This document shows, piece after piece, positions 1-10,190 of a stretch of 64,000 nt of DNA (the stretch's first letter is position 1; every line of letters begins with the position of its first letter). A program made the position numbers and the translations under genes. This DNA is from a virus (lineage: Duplodnaviria; Caudoviricetes), in IMG/VR virus record IMGVR_UViG_3300028888_000047, positions 192,001 through 256,000 of that record, one strand, 5' to 3'. A model generated the notes under the pieces. The model saw nothing but the letters and a program-made list of their open reading frames with translations. It was not told where the DNA came from and ran no database searches.

Positions 1-93
1 TTTCTTTTTTAATATTTTATTGAATTCATCACCAGATAATTTTTTTTCTTCATCGGTGATTCCTAATATTTCATAATAATTTTTATTATTCAT
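1..93 (-). CDS. dnaJ: DnaJ-like J-domain chaperone, 5' part only (runs off window edge)
   Basis: Manual translation MNNKNYYEILGITDEEKKLSGDEFNKILKKK. The YYEILG J-domain start lies just downstream of dnaK. HPD motif is not in the window. Confidence 0.7.
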   Translation of the reverse strand, partial: MNNKNYYEILGITDEEKKLSGDEFNKILKKK

Positions 94-527
94 AGCTTAT
101 GTATGTCATTAATATCTTTTTTAAACCCCCAACCATTTTCAAAATCAATTGGTTTGCTATTTACCAAAGAGATTCTAAAAATAGGTATTCTATTACCTCC
201 TTCAGTAAACACATAAAATTTATCCAAATCAAAAATAAATAGTACAACTTTGTATTGAAATTCATATTTGTTGTCTGGTGTTCTTACTGTTATAACATCT
301 CCTATATTAATTGAATTATTTTCCGCCCATTCGTATATGAATTCTTGTGGAATACCATTATACCCCCAAGACATAGCTTCTTTGTTGAAAATGCCATCGA
401 TTTCATGCAAAAAACGAATTGGGCAATCATTCCAATGTTTAAGAATAGATAAATTTTGTTGCTTGTTAATTAATGAGTAATATCCTTTTTCTTTAAGATA
501 CCTAAAAACCAAAGTTCCAAATCTCAT
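90..527 (-). CDS. hypothetical protein
   Basis: 145-aa ORF with TATATTTG promoter element 6 nt upstream. Confidence 0.7.
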   Translation of the reverse strand: MRFGTLVFRYLKEKGYYSLINKQQNLSILKHWNDCPIRFLHEIDGIFNKEAMSWGYNGIPQEFIYEWAENNSINIGDVITVRTPDNKYEFQYKVVLFIFDLDKFYVFTEGGNRIPIFRISLVNSKPIDFENGWGFKKDINDIHKL

Positions 528-533
528 TTGTTA

Positions 534-541
534 CAAATATA
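534..541 (-). promoter_or_regulatory. Bacteroidota sigma-ABfr-type -7 promoter element (TAnnTTTG)
   Basis: TATATTTG preceded by a T-rich tract. Same motif at 3208-3215, 6454-6461, 37707-37714, 39528-39535, 44628-44635, 56977-56984 (-) and 63072-63079 (+), always upstream of gene starts. Confidence 0.7.
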
Positions 542-586
542 CACATTTTTTTCGAAAAAAAGAAATCTTTTTAAAAAATAGTTAAA

Positions 587-616
587 GCTCCAAAACAGAA
601 ATAACCATTTTGGAGC
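587..616. terminator. hairpin/terminator after dnaK
   Basis: GCTCCAAAA...TTTTGGAGC inverted repeat. Confidence 0.55.
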
Positions 617-643
617 AAATAACTACCTATTTGTTAGTTTTCA

Positions 644-2539
644 TCATGATACCTCTTCAAAATCAGCATCTTGAACTTGATTATCAGCATCTACAGTACC
701 TGTATTAACTGTATTATCTGTAGGCTGCTGTTGCGTCTGATTATTGGCGTACACCCTCTGAGAAACCTCGTTCCAAACGCTATTAATTGAAGTTTCCAAT
801 TCGTTAATCTTGTTAACGTCCTTTGCCTTAACAGCATCCTTCAATTGACCAATAAAGCCGTTGAGCTTTTCCTTCTCAGAATCGTTAAGGTTATCCTTCT
901 GCTCATCAATCAATTTCTCCTGAGCAAAAATCAATTGGTCGCCCTTGTTAACAGCATCAGCTATTTCTCTCTCCTTTTTATCAGATTCGGCATTAGCTTC
1001 TGCTTCAGCCTTCATGCGTTCAATCTCTTCCTTAGAAAGGCTACTTGAGCCTTCTACACGAATTGATTGTGCTTTACCTGTACCTTTATCGGTTGCGCTA
1101 ACCTCAACAATACCATCAGCATTAATCTTTATCTTAACTGCAATCTGTGGCACTCCCCTTTTTGCGGGTAGTATGCCGGTCAAATTGAATTTACCAATCG
1201 ACTTATTTTGACTTGCCATTGGTCTATTTCCCTGTAATAGATTAACCGTTACCTCCGTTTGGTTGTCTGATGCCGTTGAAAAAACTTCCTCTTTTTCACA
1301 TGGAATTGTTGTATTGGCTTCAATCAAAGTTGTCATAACCCCACCCATTGTTTCGATACCCAAGTTAAGAGGCGTTACATCAAGAAGTACAATATCGCCA
1401 ACTCCTTTTTCTCCACCAAGCACAGCACCCTGTATAGATGCGCCAATAGCAACAGCTTCATCAGGATTTACAGCCTTAGATGGCTCTTTGCCAAAAACAG
1501 ATTTTGCTGCTTCAACCACTTTAGGAATACGGGTAGAACCTCCAACAAGAATAACTTCGTCTATATCCTTTACATCAAACTTAGACAGCTCAAGAGCTTT
1601 CTTACACAACTCAACCAACCTGTTGTATAAAGATTCAGAAAGTTGTTCAAATTTTGCCCTAGAAAGAGTTACATTAAGATGTTTAGGAACTCCACCTACA
1701 GGTGCAAGATATGGAAGGTTAATATCGGTAGATGTAGCTGTAGATAATTCAATCTTAGCCTTTTCTGCTGCTTCCTTCAAACGCTGCATCGCCATAGAGT
1801 CATCACTAATATCTACACCCTCTTGCTTCTTGAATTCATCAATAAGCCAATTCACAATAACTTGGTCAAAATCTTCACCTCCGAGGTGAGAATCACCGTT
1901 TGTTGAAATCACCTCAAACACACCAGCGCCAAAATTGAGAATTGAAACATCTGACGTTCCTCCACCGATGTCATAAACAACAATATTCATATCCTTGTCT
2001 GACTTATCGATACCATATGCAAGTGCAGCTGCTGTTGGCTCATTTATGATACGCTTAACATTTAATCCTGCAATTTGACCAGCTTCGCTTGTTGCCTTAC
2101 GTTGGTCATCATCGAAATATGCAGGTACTGTGATTACAGCCTCAGTTACTTCATGACCAAGGTAATCTTCTGCTGTTTTCTTCATCTTTTGAAGAATTGT
2201 GGCAGAAATCTCCTGTGGTGTATATTTTCTGTCTTCAATGCTTACACGTGGATAACCACCTTCATTTACAACATCATAAGTCACACGCTTAGCTTCTTTT
2301 TCAGCCTTATCATATGTAAGACCCATAAAACGCTTAATAGCATATACAGTGTTTTTTGGATTGGTTATTGCTTGCCTTCGTGCCGCATCACCGACTTTTC
2401 TTTCTCCTTTTGAAAAACCAACAACTGAAGGAGTTGTACGATTACCTTCGCTATTAACAATTACTGTTGGCTGACCGCCCTCAAATACTGAAACGCAGCT
2501 AGTGCTAGTTCCTAAATCGATTCCAATTACTTTTCCCAT
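644..2539 (-). CDS. dnaK: Hsp70 chaperone DnaK
   Basis: [41 protein letters not shown] motifs and C-terminal DADFEEV. Confidence 0.98.
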   Translation of the reverse strand: MGKVIGIDLGTSTSCVSVFEGGQPTVIVNSEGNRTTPSVVGFSKGERKVGDAARRQAITNPKNTVYAIKRFMGLTYDKAEKEAKRVTYDVVNEGGYPRVSIEDRKYTPQEISATILQKMKKTAEDYLGHEVTEAVITVPAYFDDDQRKATSEAGQIAGLNVKRIINEPTAAALAYGIDKSDKDMNIVVYDIGGGTSDVSILNFGAGVFEVISTNGDSHLGGEDFDQVIVNWLIDEFKKQEGVDISDDSMAMQRLKEAAEKAKIELSTATSTDINLPYLAPVGGVPKHLNVTLSRAKFEQLSESLYNRLVELCKKALELSKFDVKDIDEVILVGGSTRIPKVVEAAKSVFGKEPSKAVNPDEAVAIGASIQGAVLGGEKGVGDIVLLDVTPLNLGIETMGGVMTTLIEANTTIPCEKEEVFSTASDNQTEVTVNLLQGNRPMASQNKSIGKFNLTGILPAKRGVPQIAVKIKINADGIVEVSATDKGTGKAQSIRVEGSSSLSKEEIERMKAEAEANAESDKKEREIADAVNKGDQLIFAQEKLIDEQKDNLNDSEKEKLNGFIGQLKDAVKAKDVNKINELETSINSVWNEVSQRVYANNQTQQQPTDNTVNTGTVDADNQVQDADFEEVS

Positions 2540-2566
2540 AACTAAATTATATTTTTTTAAAAAAAT

Positions 2567-2851
2567 TTATTTTCTTATTAATTCGTTATATTTTTCAAGC
2601 AATGTCTTATATTCATTACTTTCTATTATATCTCTTTTTGCTTTTATAAGGTCATCAAGTAACCTGTCATTTTCTAATTTTAACTTTTTCTTTTCATCTT
2701 CTAATCTTTTTATTTTTTCATTACTTCTTCTTAATTCTACATTTTTGAACTGAATGGATTCGTTAGCAATCCTTAGTTCTCTTCTTTTCTTGTCAAGTTC
2801 CTTTGACTCTTTTTTGAAAAGATGTTTAAAAATATATTCTCTAAGTTTCAT
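2567..2851 (-). CDS. coiled-coil hypothetical protein
   Basis: 94 aa, K/E/L heptads, in operon upstream of dnaK. Confidence 0.65.
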   Translation of the reverse strand: MKLREYIFKHLFKKESKELDKKRRELRIANESIQFKNVELRRSNEKIKRLEDEKKKLKLENDRLLDDLIKAKRDIIESNEYKTLLEKYNELIRK

Positions 2852-3080
2852 GAATTAAAACATATCTTTCACATAATTTACCGTCTTTATCCTTATAAGG
2901 CATTGATGAGCCTCCTCCGAACACAAGCCTTACAATTCCGTTGTTTAAGTGATATTCCTTTGCAATTTGTTCCTTTACGCTATTTAAGCCAACAAATGCA
3001 ACCTTAAATGTACCATCATCCTCTTCTATTATTATATTATAACAAGGATTTGGTTCTTTGCCGTATCTGTACACTTTCAT
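2841..3080 (-). CDS. hypothetical protein
   Basis: 79-aa ORF overlapping the next gene. Confidence 0.55.
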   Translation of the reverse strand: MKVYRYGKEPNPCYNIIIEEDDGTFKVAFVGLNSVKEQIAKEYHLNNGIVRLVFGGGSSMPYKDKDGKLCERYVLIHET

Positions 3081-3081
3081 T

Positions 3082-3177
3082 TCAAATATCGTGCCAAAAT
3101 TAATTATCTGCCATTTTGTCAGTTTATTTTTAACATATATTATTTTTTTATGTCATATTCAAACTGACAATTTGTCA
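3082..3177 (-). promoter_or_regulatory. sigma54-like -24/-12 element with upstream TGACA-N3-TG(T/G)CA inverted repeats
   Basis: TGGCACG-ATAT-TTGA at 3082-3096, TGACAAAATGGCA at 3109-3121, TGACAATTTGTCA at 3165-3177, all upstream of the dnaK/dnaJ operon. Confidence 0.45.
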
Positions 3178-3272
3178 TACCTTATATATTATAATACGCA
3201 TTTTCCACAAAGATACACAAAAAACGTGGAATAACCAAATATTCCACGTTAAACTTTGTTAAAACTATACAA

Positions 3273-3680
3273 TTAAGATAAATAATCATTGATATTATTG
3301 GTCACAAAAGTAAGCTTTGTAATCAACTCACCCATAATTGCATCTTCTGTAAGCATTGTCACATCATTTGTTTCAATCATTCCGGCATCTTTTCCTTGTT
3401 CAATTCTTGCCTTTGCCAATTCAATGCCGAATTCTTCATCAAATTCATCCAGTGGATGACAGATTGAAATTCCAATTGTTAATGTTCTATGTAAGGTTCT
3501 CTTATTAAATGTCAACTTTCCGTTAACGAATGAACCTGGCTTTACTTCTACAGGTACTTCCTGTGTAATTTCCTTCGGTACGTAATTTTGTGTAAACTTA
3601 CCGACAACTGTTACTACATGCTTCTCGCCACCTTCGTCATATGCGTCTGCATAAAGGTGATAGTACTTAATTTTGCTCAT
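3273..3680 (-). CDS. conserved phage hypothetical protein
   Basis: 135 aa, GISICHPLDEFDEEFGIELAKAR phage-type motif. Confidence 0.75.
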   Translation of the reverse strand: MSKIKYYHLYADAYDEGGEKHVVTVVGKFTQNYVPKEITQEVPVEVKPGSFVNGKLTFNKRTLHRTLTIGISICHPLDEFDEEFGIELAKARIEQGKDAGMIETNDVTMLTEDAIMGELITKLTFVTNNINDYLS

Positions 3681-3711
3681 AACTTTGTATTTATTAATTA
3701 GTTTATTATTT

Positions 3712-3930
3712 TCAAACTTTATTTTTTATAACATTCTCAGTTCTTATATATTCTTTCAAGAACTTTTCATCTGTAAATAGTTTTCTAATATCTGACGCAT
3801 AAGGTTCGGGTATCATTATACCATCTATAAATAACATATTTCTAAACGCTGTTATTTCTCTTCCTTCATCTATTTTACCTAATGCACAATCATATCTCTT
3901 TTTAAAGACATATCTTTTCTTTTCATCCAT
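3712..3930 (-). CDS. hypothetical protein
   Basis: 72-aa ORF in operon. Confidence 0.65.
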   Translation of the reverse strand: MDEKKRYVFKKRYDCALGKIDEGREITAFRNMLFIDGIMIPEPYASDIRKLFTDEKFLKEYIRTENVIKNKV

Positions 3931-3932
3931 AC

Positions 3933-4484
3933 TTAATAACTGTAATCTATTTTTACGTATTTATTTTCCTCATAAGCAAGCCTTTTTGCTTCTAACACTC
4001 TTTCTTCTACTTCTTCAACTCTTTTACAAACCTTTCTTAAAATTGGTGTCATATACATATCTAACACTTCCCAATTAACGTATGGTCTTCCATCTTTAGG
4101 ACAAATTAATGGAATCATACAGTTGCGGTCATCTATATCCCATATTCCCCAACATTTGCAAGATAAATCTCCATCTGAATCTTGTAATGGGTTTCTGCCA
4201 ATTCCAAAGAATTCTATTCCTTTTGACTTACAGAAATCTATTGCCGGCTGAATGTGGTTTTCTCCCCTCATTGTTTCCAAGATAAATTTAACGCCAAACT
4301 CTTTTTCCCACCTTTTCATTATTTCTATACAATGGTCATTTTCTGTAAATGTTCCGTGTAACCAAGAAGAAGCCTTTGTAATAGTAAAGTCAAAATCTAT
4401 AACAATTGGTATAATCCATTTATTGTTTTTTTCATCTTTTTTCGAATACCATACTATTTCTTCGCAAATTTTATCTACATTCAT
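3933..4484 (-). CDS. HAD-superfamily hydrolase
   Basis: IVIDFDFTI motif I and IDDRN motif IV. Confidence 0.75.
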   Translation of the reverse strand: MNVDKICEEIVWYSKKDEKNNKWIIPIVIDFDFTITKASSWLHGTFTENDHCIEIMKRWEKEFGVKFILETMRGENHIQPAIDFCKSKGIEFFGIGRNPLQDSDGDLSCKCWGIWDIDDRNCMIPLICPKDGRPYVNWEVLDMYMTPILRKVCKRVEEVEERVLEAKRLAYEENKYVKIDYSY

Positions 4485-4502
4485 TTCTGTTTAAAATTTA
4501 AG

Positions 4503-4643
4503 TTATTTCTCAATAAAGTCAACACAATGCCTACCATACTCAAGTATAAAAAGTTCATACATGTCGTCGTATGCTTCCTCATTTGCTCCTTTTAATATTG
4601 GGCAACCCGGAAACCTAATGCAATTAAAACAGCTTCTACTCAT
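4503..4643 (-). CDS. small Cys-rich protein (46 aa, not in ORF track)
   Basis: Manual translation MSRSCFNCIRFPGCPILKGANEEAYDDMYELFILEYGRHCVDFIEK fills the operon gap; CxxC-x5-C...C pattern. Confidence 0.6.
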   Translation of the reverse strand: MSRSCFNCIRFPGCPILKGANEEAYDDMYELFILEYGRHCVDFIEK

Positions 4644-4649
4644 GTATTA

Positions 4650-5267
4650 TTATTTATTTTCATTAAGTTTATATGCTGCTCTATTTCTCTCCCTATTTAT
4701 TTCAACAATTTTAGGGGTGACTAAATCTTTTGGATAATCAACATCGTTGTTTTCGTATTGATTTAAACCATGTTTTTTCCAATAAGCGTGATTGAGTCTT
4801 AAAAGAACGCCATTATTATACATTGTTGTATAGTCATTCCTGTCTGCATATTCTAATTCTATGTTGTTTTCTTTGCAATATCTGTATATAAATTCTGCAA
4901 TGGCTCTGGAACGACTCATGCCGGCTCTACAGCAAATTCTAAAATATGTTACACCATTTACTATATTATTTTCAATGAAATCTATTGTTTTTTCTGCTTG
5001 CTCCATTGTCATTGTTTTAAAATGATGCCCATTATACATAACATCATCACCAATATCATCAAACTCTAAATTAAGAACATTTTGATGGCCTTTGAAATAA
5101 TGTTTTGTATCTGCTTCATCAAGATAATATATCAAGCATTCTCTAGTGCCGATAATATCAATAAAAGCTTTATTTTTTTCATTTTCGACATTTTCATCGT
5201 TTAAGTTATCTTTTTCACACATTTCTTCAAAATAACAATGTGAAAAAACATCAATTTTTATTTTCAT
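4650..5267 (-). CDS. Cys-based (dual-specificity/tyrosine) phosphatase-like protein
   Basis: CX5R motif CRAGMSRS with upstream FDD loop. Confidence 0.8.
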   Translation of the reverse strand: MKIKIDVFSHCYFEEMCEKDNLNDENVENEKNKAFIDIIGTRECLIYYLDEADTKHYFKGHQNVLNLEFDDIGDDVMYNGHHFKTMTMEQAEKTIDFIENNIVNGVTYFRICCRAGMSRSRAIAEFIYRYCKENNIELEYADRNDYTTMYNNGVLLRLNHAYWKKHGLNQYENNDVDYPKDLVTPKIVEINRERNRAAYKLNENK

Positions 5268-5467
5268 AATAATTCAATTTCAGACATATTTAAATTAACA
5301 ATACTTGCGTTTAATCTTTCTTGTCCGTTTTTACCGTTGGTTATTTTTCCATCCCTCATTAAAACAATTGTGCATAAATCTCCTTTTGAAACGCTATATA
5401 GATACCAAGGTCTTTTTCCTTTCCAATCCTTTTTATAATAAACAATATCACCAACATTCATTATCAA
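5264..5467 (-). CDS. small hypothetical protein
   Basis: MNVGDIVYY SH3-like start; overlaps next gene by ATGA. Confidence 0.6.
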   Translation of the reverse strand: MIMNVGDIVYYKKDWKGKRPWYLYSVSKGDLCTIVLMRDGKITNGKNGQERLNASIVNLNMSEIELL

Positions 5468-5582
5468 TGGAAAAAATTATACATTTTTTTTAATATACCA
5501 TTTTTATCAAAAATTTTTAATTCTATCGAATTAGAATTATCCCAAAGTTCTTCCAAATATGTTTTTCTAAATGTTTCGTCAA

Positions 5583-6437
5583 TCATAACACTTCTCTTAA
5601 TTGTTTAGTCACATCCTTAACTGGAATTAATTCATATGTTCCATCATCTTTAAGCCATATGATTCTCCTTGCAATTACCTTTAACCCAATATCCTCTAAC
5701 GGTAATTGGTAGCAATTTAATTGGAGTACATACGTACTATAACTTTCTGAGAACATATCATTAAATGGCGCATACATCATAACTCCATTATTCCTATTGA
5801 AGTCATTATAAAGGTCTTTATTTGTCTTATAGTCCATAATTACGAGTCCATTTTTTTCGCTATTGTTTGGGTCAATGTAATACATCAATAAGTCAAATGT
5901 TCCTGCATAATCTTGTTTCAAATTGGTTATTTCTTTGTTTTTTCCTGTATATACCTTTGTTTCCGCCAAAACAAAATGAAGATTATTATTGAGCTCATCA
6001 TAGAACTTGTTTATGGCTTCTTCCTTTGGTCTCGTAGGTATTAGCCATCCTTTTTCTTCAATGTATTTTGTTTTACACGATTCGGTTATAAACTCAGGAT
6101 GGCCATTCTTCAACCAACCCAATGATTCACCATGCTCATGAACAAGGCTTCCTGTTGTGGTTGCTTTTAGATTATTGAATTTCCATTGGTCAAGCCAATA
6201 CTCCTTTGTCATGCCATTTTTCTCAGCATATCTTTCAGCAACCCCATCACTATCAAACGGAACCGAAAATTGGTGTGTTACATGAGATACACTCGGTAAT
6301 TCAATTCCATTTAAGTAGTATTTATGCGGGCCTTCTTCAAACTTCAAGTCCTTAAATTCATTCAATATTTTGTTCCTTATTTCTGTAACCTCGCTTGGTT
6401 CATTTGGAACAACTATTTTACTTGTTTTTTTAGTCAT
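5583..6437 (-). CDS. PD-(D/E)xK (Cas4-like) exonuclease
   Basis: LPSVSHV, G-S-L-V-H, AGTFDLL, MDYKT, QLNCY motifs. Confidence 0.85.
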   Translation of the reverse strand: MTKKTSKIVVPNEPSEVTEIRNKILNEFKDLKFEEGPHKYYLNGIELPSVSHVTHQFSVPFDSDGVAERYAEKNGMTKEYWLDQWKFNNLKATTTGSLVHEHGESLGWLKNGHPEFITESCKTKYIEEKGWLIPTRPKEEAINKFYDELNNNLHFVLAETKVYTGKNKEITNLKQDYAGTFDLLMYYIDPNNSEKNGLVIMDYKTNKDLYNDFNRNNGVMMYAPFNDMFSESYSTYVLQLNCYQLPLEDIGLKVIARRIIWLKDDGTYELIPVKDVTKQLREVL

Positions 6438-6484
6438 TTAAATGATTTTGTTACAAATATACAAAAAATATTGATAAAAAAGAA

Positions 6485-6492
6485 ATATTTAT
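6485..6492 (+). promoter_or_regulatory. putative phage late promoter motif ATATTTAT
   Basis: Same motif on the coding strand upstream of genes at 7882, 12750, 17724, 23994, 26006, 35667, 38497, 40558, 51945, 52992, 59870 and 63041, mostly virion-type genes. Confidence 0.65.
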
Positions 6493-6511
6493 TAAAAAAT
6501 GTTTAAGTAAT

Positions 6512-6898
6512 ATGCAAAAAACAATTATACTATCAGAATCTAAGTTTTCAAAAATAATGAATTTGGTAAACGAAAATACAATACGTCTTCAACTGATTAA
6601 TGGCTTTTTCTACCCAACAGATAGCATAAGCAGAGATATACTGTATGACGATTATAATTTATCAAGAATTCCGGAAGATAGTTTTGATAGATGGAGTCCA
6701 AGGATGGTTCGGGATGGCTATAAATTGGCTATAAATGATTATAATCCACCTACAACACAAGATTTTAACCCGCCAAGAGGAAGCAAAATTGGTGGAGAGC
6801 CACACCCTTCAAAAAATCCATGTATAAAATGCAAAATGAATGGATTATGTGATTCTGATGAATGCGGAAATAAAATAAAAAAGAATATAAAAAGATAA
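6512..6898 (+). CDS. hypothetical protein with LTESDL-like N-terminus and C-terminal Cys cluster
   Basis: MQKTIILSESKFSKIM start; CIKC...C...C. Confidence 0.7.
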   Translation: MQKTIILSESKFSKIMNLVNENTIRLQLINGFFYPTDSISRDILYDDYNLSRIPEDSFDRWSPRMVRDGYKLAINDYNPPTTQDFNPPRGSKIGGEPHPSKNPCIKCKMNGLCDSDECGNKIKKNIKR

Positions 6899-6923
6899 AA
6901 GGACAGTTAAAATACTGTCCTTT
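6898..6923. terminator. bidirectional intrinsic terminator
   Basis: AAAGGACAGT-N6-ACTGTCCTTT between convergent genes. Confidence 0.75.
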
Positions 6924-6966
6924 ATTTATTATATATTAATATATTTCTAGTTTATTTATATATTAT

Positions 6967-7776
6967 TTAATCCCATTTTTGTAATATTTTAGTTATTAAA
7001 CCGTTTCTAACAATATCATCATCAGTGAATTCTGTTATTGATACTTCTTCCATATCTTTTAGCCTTTCAACAGAATAGTCCAAACCTGATACATCATTTT
7101 TGTTTTTAATGCTTTTTCTATTAACCTGTTTTGAATCTCCGGTTATTACTATTTTACTATTTTCTCCTATTCTTGTTAAAATAAGTCTAAGGTTATCTTT
7201 TGTATATTGTTCACATTCATTTACCAATATCAATGAATTATCCAATGTTTTTCCAAGCAAGAAATTGACATATTCATGTCTTATAATTCCAGTATTAATT
7301 AACATATTTGTAATTTCATTGTAAGAAATGTTTTTGCTTATCTTCAATATTTTATTGATAGTTTCCTTATCAGCCTCTGTAAACATTCTTGTCTTGTCGT
7401 AGAAATCACCTTTTAAGTACCCCAGTGATAAATCTTGCCCTCCTGCTTGCGCTGTTGGTATTATCATGACAATATTTTCAAATTCGCCGTCTTTTAATGC
7501 TTTTAAGCCGTAGGTTAATGAAATAAATGATTTTCCTGTTCCTGGAGAACCTATCCCAAAACATATTTCTTTATTTTTGTTTTTAAGACAATTTAAAAAT
7601 TCTTTTTGTTTTTCGGTTTTACATTTCACATCCAACCTGTAATTCAATGCTTTCAATGCCGTCGCACTAACCACATCATCAGGATTAATGTAATCTGTAA
7701 CGCTTTTTCCTAATTTTTCATTGATTAAATCAAGTTCAAATTCTTCTAAACCTTTAAGATTTTTCTTTTTTCCCAT
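6967..7776 (-). CDS. phoH: PhoH-family ATPase
   Basis: GSPGTGKS Walker A, LGYLKG, LTRIGENSKIVITGD..Q, DIVRN motifs. Confidence 0.9.
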   Translation of the reverse strand: MGKKKNLKGLEEFELDLINEKLGKSVTDYINPDDVVSATALKALNYRLDVKCKTEKQKEFLNCLKNKNKEICFGIGSPGTGKSFISLTYGLKALKDGEFENIVMIIPTAQAGGQDLSLGYLKGDFYDKTRMFTEADKETINKILKISKNISYNEITNMLINTGIIRHEYVNFLLGKTLDNSLILVNECEQYTKDNLRLILTRIGENSKIVITGDSKQVNRKSIKNKNDVSGLDYSVERLKDMEEVSITEFTDDDIVRNGLITKILQKWD

Positions 7777-7794
7777 AAAAAAATAATTTTAATG

Positions 7795-7863
7795 AAAAAA
7801 GCGAGACATTCCCTATACCGGAAACGCTCGCTTATTATGTTTATTAGTTAGTTCAAAATGCAT
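7795..7863 (-). promoter_or_regulatory. phoH 5' leader: 16-codon uORF overlapping an intrinsic terminator
   Basis: uORF 7813-7863 MHFELTNKHNKRAFPV*; hairpin AAGCGAG-CGTTTCC-GGTATA-GGGAATG-T-CTCGCTT-TTTT lies between the ATATTTAT motif (7882-7889) and the phoH ATG. Confidence 0.5.
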
Positions 7864-7979
7864 TTTGTGTTAACTTTATTAATAAATATTTAATTTAAGT
7901 TAATTTTAACGTATTTTATCAATAATTTCTTCTTTTTTACCAATTTATTTTGTATCTTTACCAAATAAAATAATATAAT

Positions 7980-8333
7980 ATGAAAAGAAGTAATCTTAAA
8001 AGGCTTGCAAAAGCAAGAATTGAATTGAAAAAGATGCGCAGATGGGCAATAATTGGTTTAGAAACCATATTATGTTTAATTTGTTATTCATTTGTGTCGT
8101 TCATTATTCTTACAATATTGTACTATACAATAAAGTTGGTTAATGAAAATGAAGCGTTTAGATGGTATATTTTGGGTATATTAACCATTATTGCCACGGT
8201 GTTGTCTATTATGTATATTAAAAAATATAATAAAAAATATAGAATAAATGATAGTGATTCATCCGAAAGACAAAACTACTTCCTTTTTGAGACAGATATA
8301 CGCAGGGAAGAGGAACGTTACTTTAATAGATGA
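7980..8333 (+). CDS. membrane protein (2 TM)
   Basis: Two hydrophobic segments. Confidence 0.65.
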   Translation: MKRSNLKRLAKARIELKKMRRWAIIGLETILCLICYSFVSFIILTILYYTIKLVNENEAFRWYILGILTIIATVLSIMYIKKYNKKYRINDSDSSERQNYFLFETDIRREEERYFNR

Positions 8334-8787
8334 GACTTGGAATAGTCGAAACATACGAGAAGCAATTGGTTCTTCTCCAAAGGAAGAAGAAATAATGATG
8401 CTTGGACATGGCTGTGATGACGGATTATTTGCTCCTTATGGGGCAAAGCAATTTGCCAGGAAAATAGTTGATAGCAAATTAGTATACCTTCTTAGGGAAC
8501 ATACTTGCATTGGCATTTGGTGTTATGCAAATCAATTTGCTGAAAAATATGGGCTAAAAGGATTGTTCACAGGAATGGTTATTAGTGATATTGATGAGGC
8601 ATATAACAACTGTATAGATATTACAGGTGAAAACATAGACCGTTGCAATGAACAATACGCAAGTGACCTTGAATATTGTATGCGTAGATATTCTTTAGAC
8701 CTTGTTCCAAAAATGATGTTGGAGTTGCAAGATTATCATTCAGAATTAAAAGATTTTAATTATAAAAGTTTTTACTACTATGAGTAA
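8248..8787 (+). CDS. hypothetical protein
   Basis: 179 aa, MMLGHG and GIWCYAN motifs. Confidence 0.75.
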   Translation: MIVIHPKDKTTSFLRQIYAGKRNVTLIDETWNSRNIREAIGSSPKEEEIMMLGHGCDDGLFAPYGAKQFARKIVDSKLVYLLREHTCIGIWCYANQFAEKYGLKGLFTGMVISDIDEAYNNCIDITGENIDRCNEQYASDLEYCMRRYSLDLVPKMMLELQDYHSELKDFNYKSFYYYE

Positions 8788-9106
8788 TATAACATATTTA
8801 GCACCAACGTCAATATCTTCTATTTCGACAGAAGATATAGAATTTAAATATCCTGAACCAAAAAATATATTTCTAATAAAAATCATTTCTGGTGGCGTAT
8901 CTACAGCAGGATATGGAGGATTTTGTGAAAAAGTTTATTGCCTAAGTTTTGACTTTTCAAAAGAAGGGTTTAAAATAAAAGAAAAAACCGATGCAATTGT
9001 TAAAAAATTGTTGGAAATAATCAAACACCCACTTACATCAGATTCAATTGTAAAACTAACATTGATAGAAGGGAGCTATGGAAATTATAAGATAGAATTT
9101 ATTTAA
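8780..9106 (+). CDS. hypothetical protein
   Basis: 108-aa ORF in operon. Confidence 0.6.
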   Translation: MSNITYLAPTSISSISTEDIEFKYPEPKNIFLIKIISGGVSTAGYGGFCEKVYCLSFDFSKEGFKIKEKTDAIVKKLLEIIKHPLTSDSIVKLTLIEGSYGNYKIEFI

Positions 9107-9107
9107 A

Positions 9108-9136
9108 AAAAGGCAGGATTAATCGTCCTGCCTTTT
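9108..9136. terminator. bidirectional intrinsic terminator
   Basis: AAAAGGCAGGA...TCCTGCCTTTT between convergent genes. Confidence 0.8.
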
Positions 9137-9143
9137 ATTATTT

Positions 9144-10163
9144 TTATACATCTTCCCTGGTCCAACCATCAGGTATTCCACTTATATCATCAATGGTCCA
9201 ATTAGTTGAACTTTTACACTTGAATGTTCCGCTTGAAGCAACCCCATCAACCCAATCGTTTGTGCAATTATCTGCACTAATATTTTCTGCAAGGCAAGTA
9301 ATCTCATTCAATGATTCACACCCATAAAACATTTGTTCATAACAGCTCTCTTTTAATACTTTAGCTGGTAGAGTTGGTGCTTTTGTTAATGCTGTGCAAC
9401 CTTCAAACATATACGAATAGCAATCATTAGCCAAATATATTGCTGGTAATAAATCACTTGGAACAGTCACTAAATTTTCGCACCCTAAAAACATTTGATA
9501 ATAACATGCTTGAGATACTATTAAAGGAAGTTTTAAATCAGCTATGCTTGTTAAGCCTGTACATCCATAAAATAAATTTTCAAAAGCATGAGGAACCGTA
9601 TCAAATTCTGTATCTGCAATATCAAAATAATCATCATACAACAATGTTGCTATTTTACCCCCAAGAGTAAATGTTCCTGTTGTACTGCCGAACTCGCCAA
9701 TTCCATTATTAACCCCAAGGCCAACGTGGTCTTGAGGTCCACGAAGCCTTATTTTATCCCCCGACGCAACGGTAACGCCAGTGCTGGGCAAACTTGTCCA
9801 CGAACCTCCATTTTTTGAATATCTAGGCATTGCGTTAGTTGTGGAATCAAACACTAACTTCCCGCTACTTGTAAACGAAAACGTAAGCCAATCTGAATTA
9901 TTTTTTTGTATAATTTCAGCATCTTTATCGGCGCATAATGTTCCATCAACATAGCTATTGAGCGTTGCTGTTCTCTGTGAATCTCCATTGTTAGTTTGCG
10001 CTGAAATTGTTACGGTTTTAGTACTTGTATTTGCTGTAAATGAATACCATGTGTCGGCAGCACTGGCCTTTTGGAAAGTAACGTTGCCACCATCGCAAGA
10101 AAAATTATATGTAAAATTTTTTGTGCCTCCGCTATGAGACATGTTAACAGTTATTGAAGCCAT
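9144..10163 (-). CDS. BACON-like domain plus BspA-type leucine-rich-repeat protein (putative adhesin/receptor-binding protein)
   Basis: N-terminal W...N..RTATL BACON-like module; repeats CY..MF.GC..L...P.LPA. Confidence 0.75.
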   Translation of the reverse strand: MASITVNMSHSGGTKNFTYNFSCDGGNVTFQKASAADTWYSFTANTSTKTVTISAQTNNGDSQRTATLNSYVDGTLCADKDAEIIQKNNSDWLTFSFTSSGKLVFDSTTNAMPRYSKNGGSWTSLPSTGVTVASGDKIRLRGPQDHVGLGVNNGIGEFGSTTGTFTLGGKIATLLYDDYFDIADTEFDTVPHAFENLFYGCTGLTSIADLKLPLIVSQACYYQMFLGCENLVTVPSDLLPAIYLANDCYSYMFEGCTALTKAPTLPAKVLKESCYEQMFYGCESLNEITCLAENISADNCTNDWVDGVASSGTFKCKSSTNWTIDDISGIPDGWTREDV

Positions 10164-10190
10164 CTATATTAATTTTTAATTTTATTTTAA

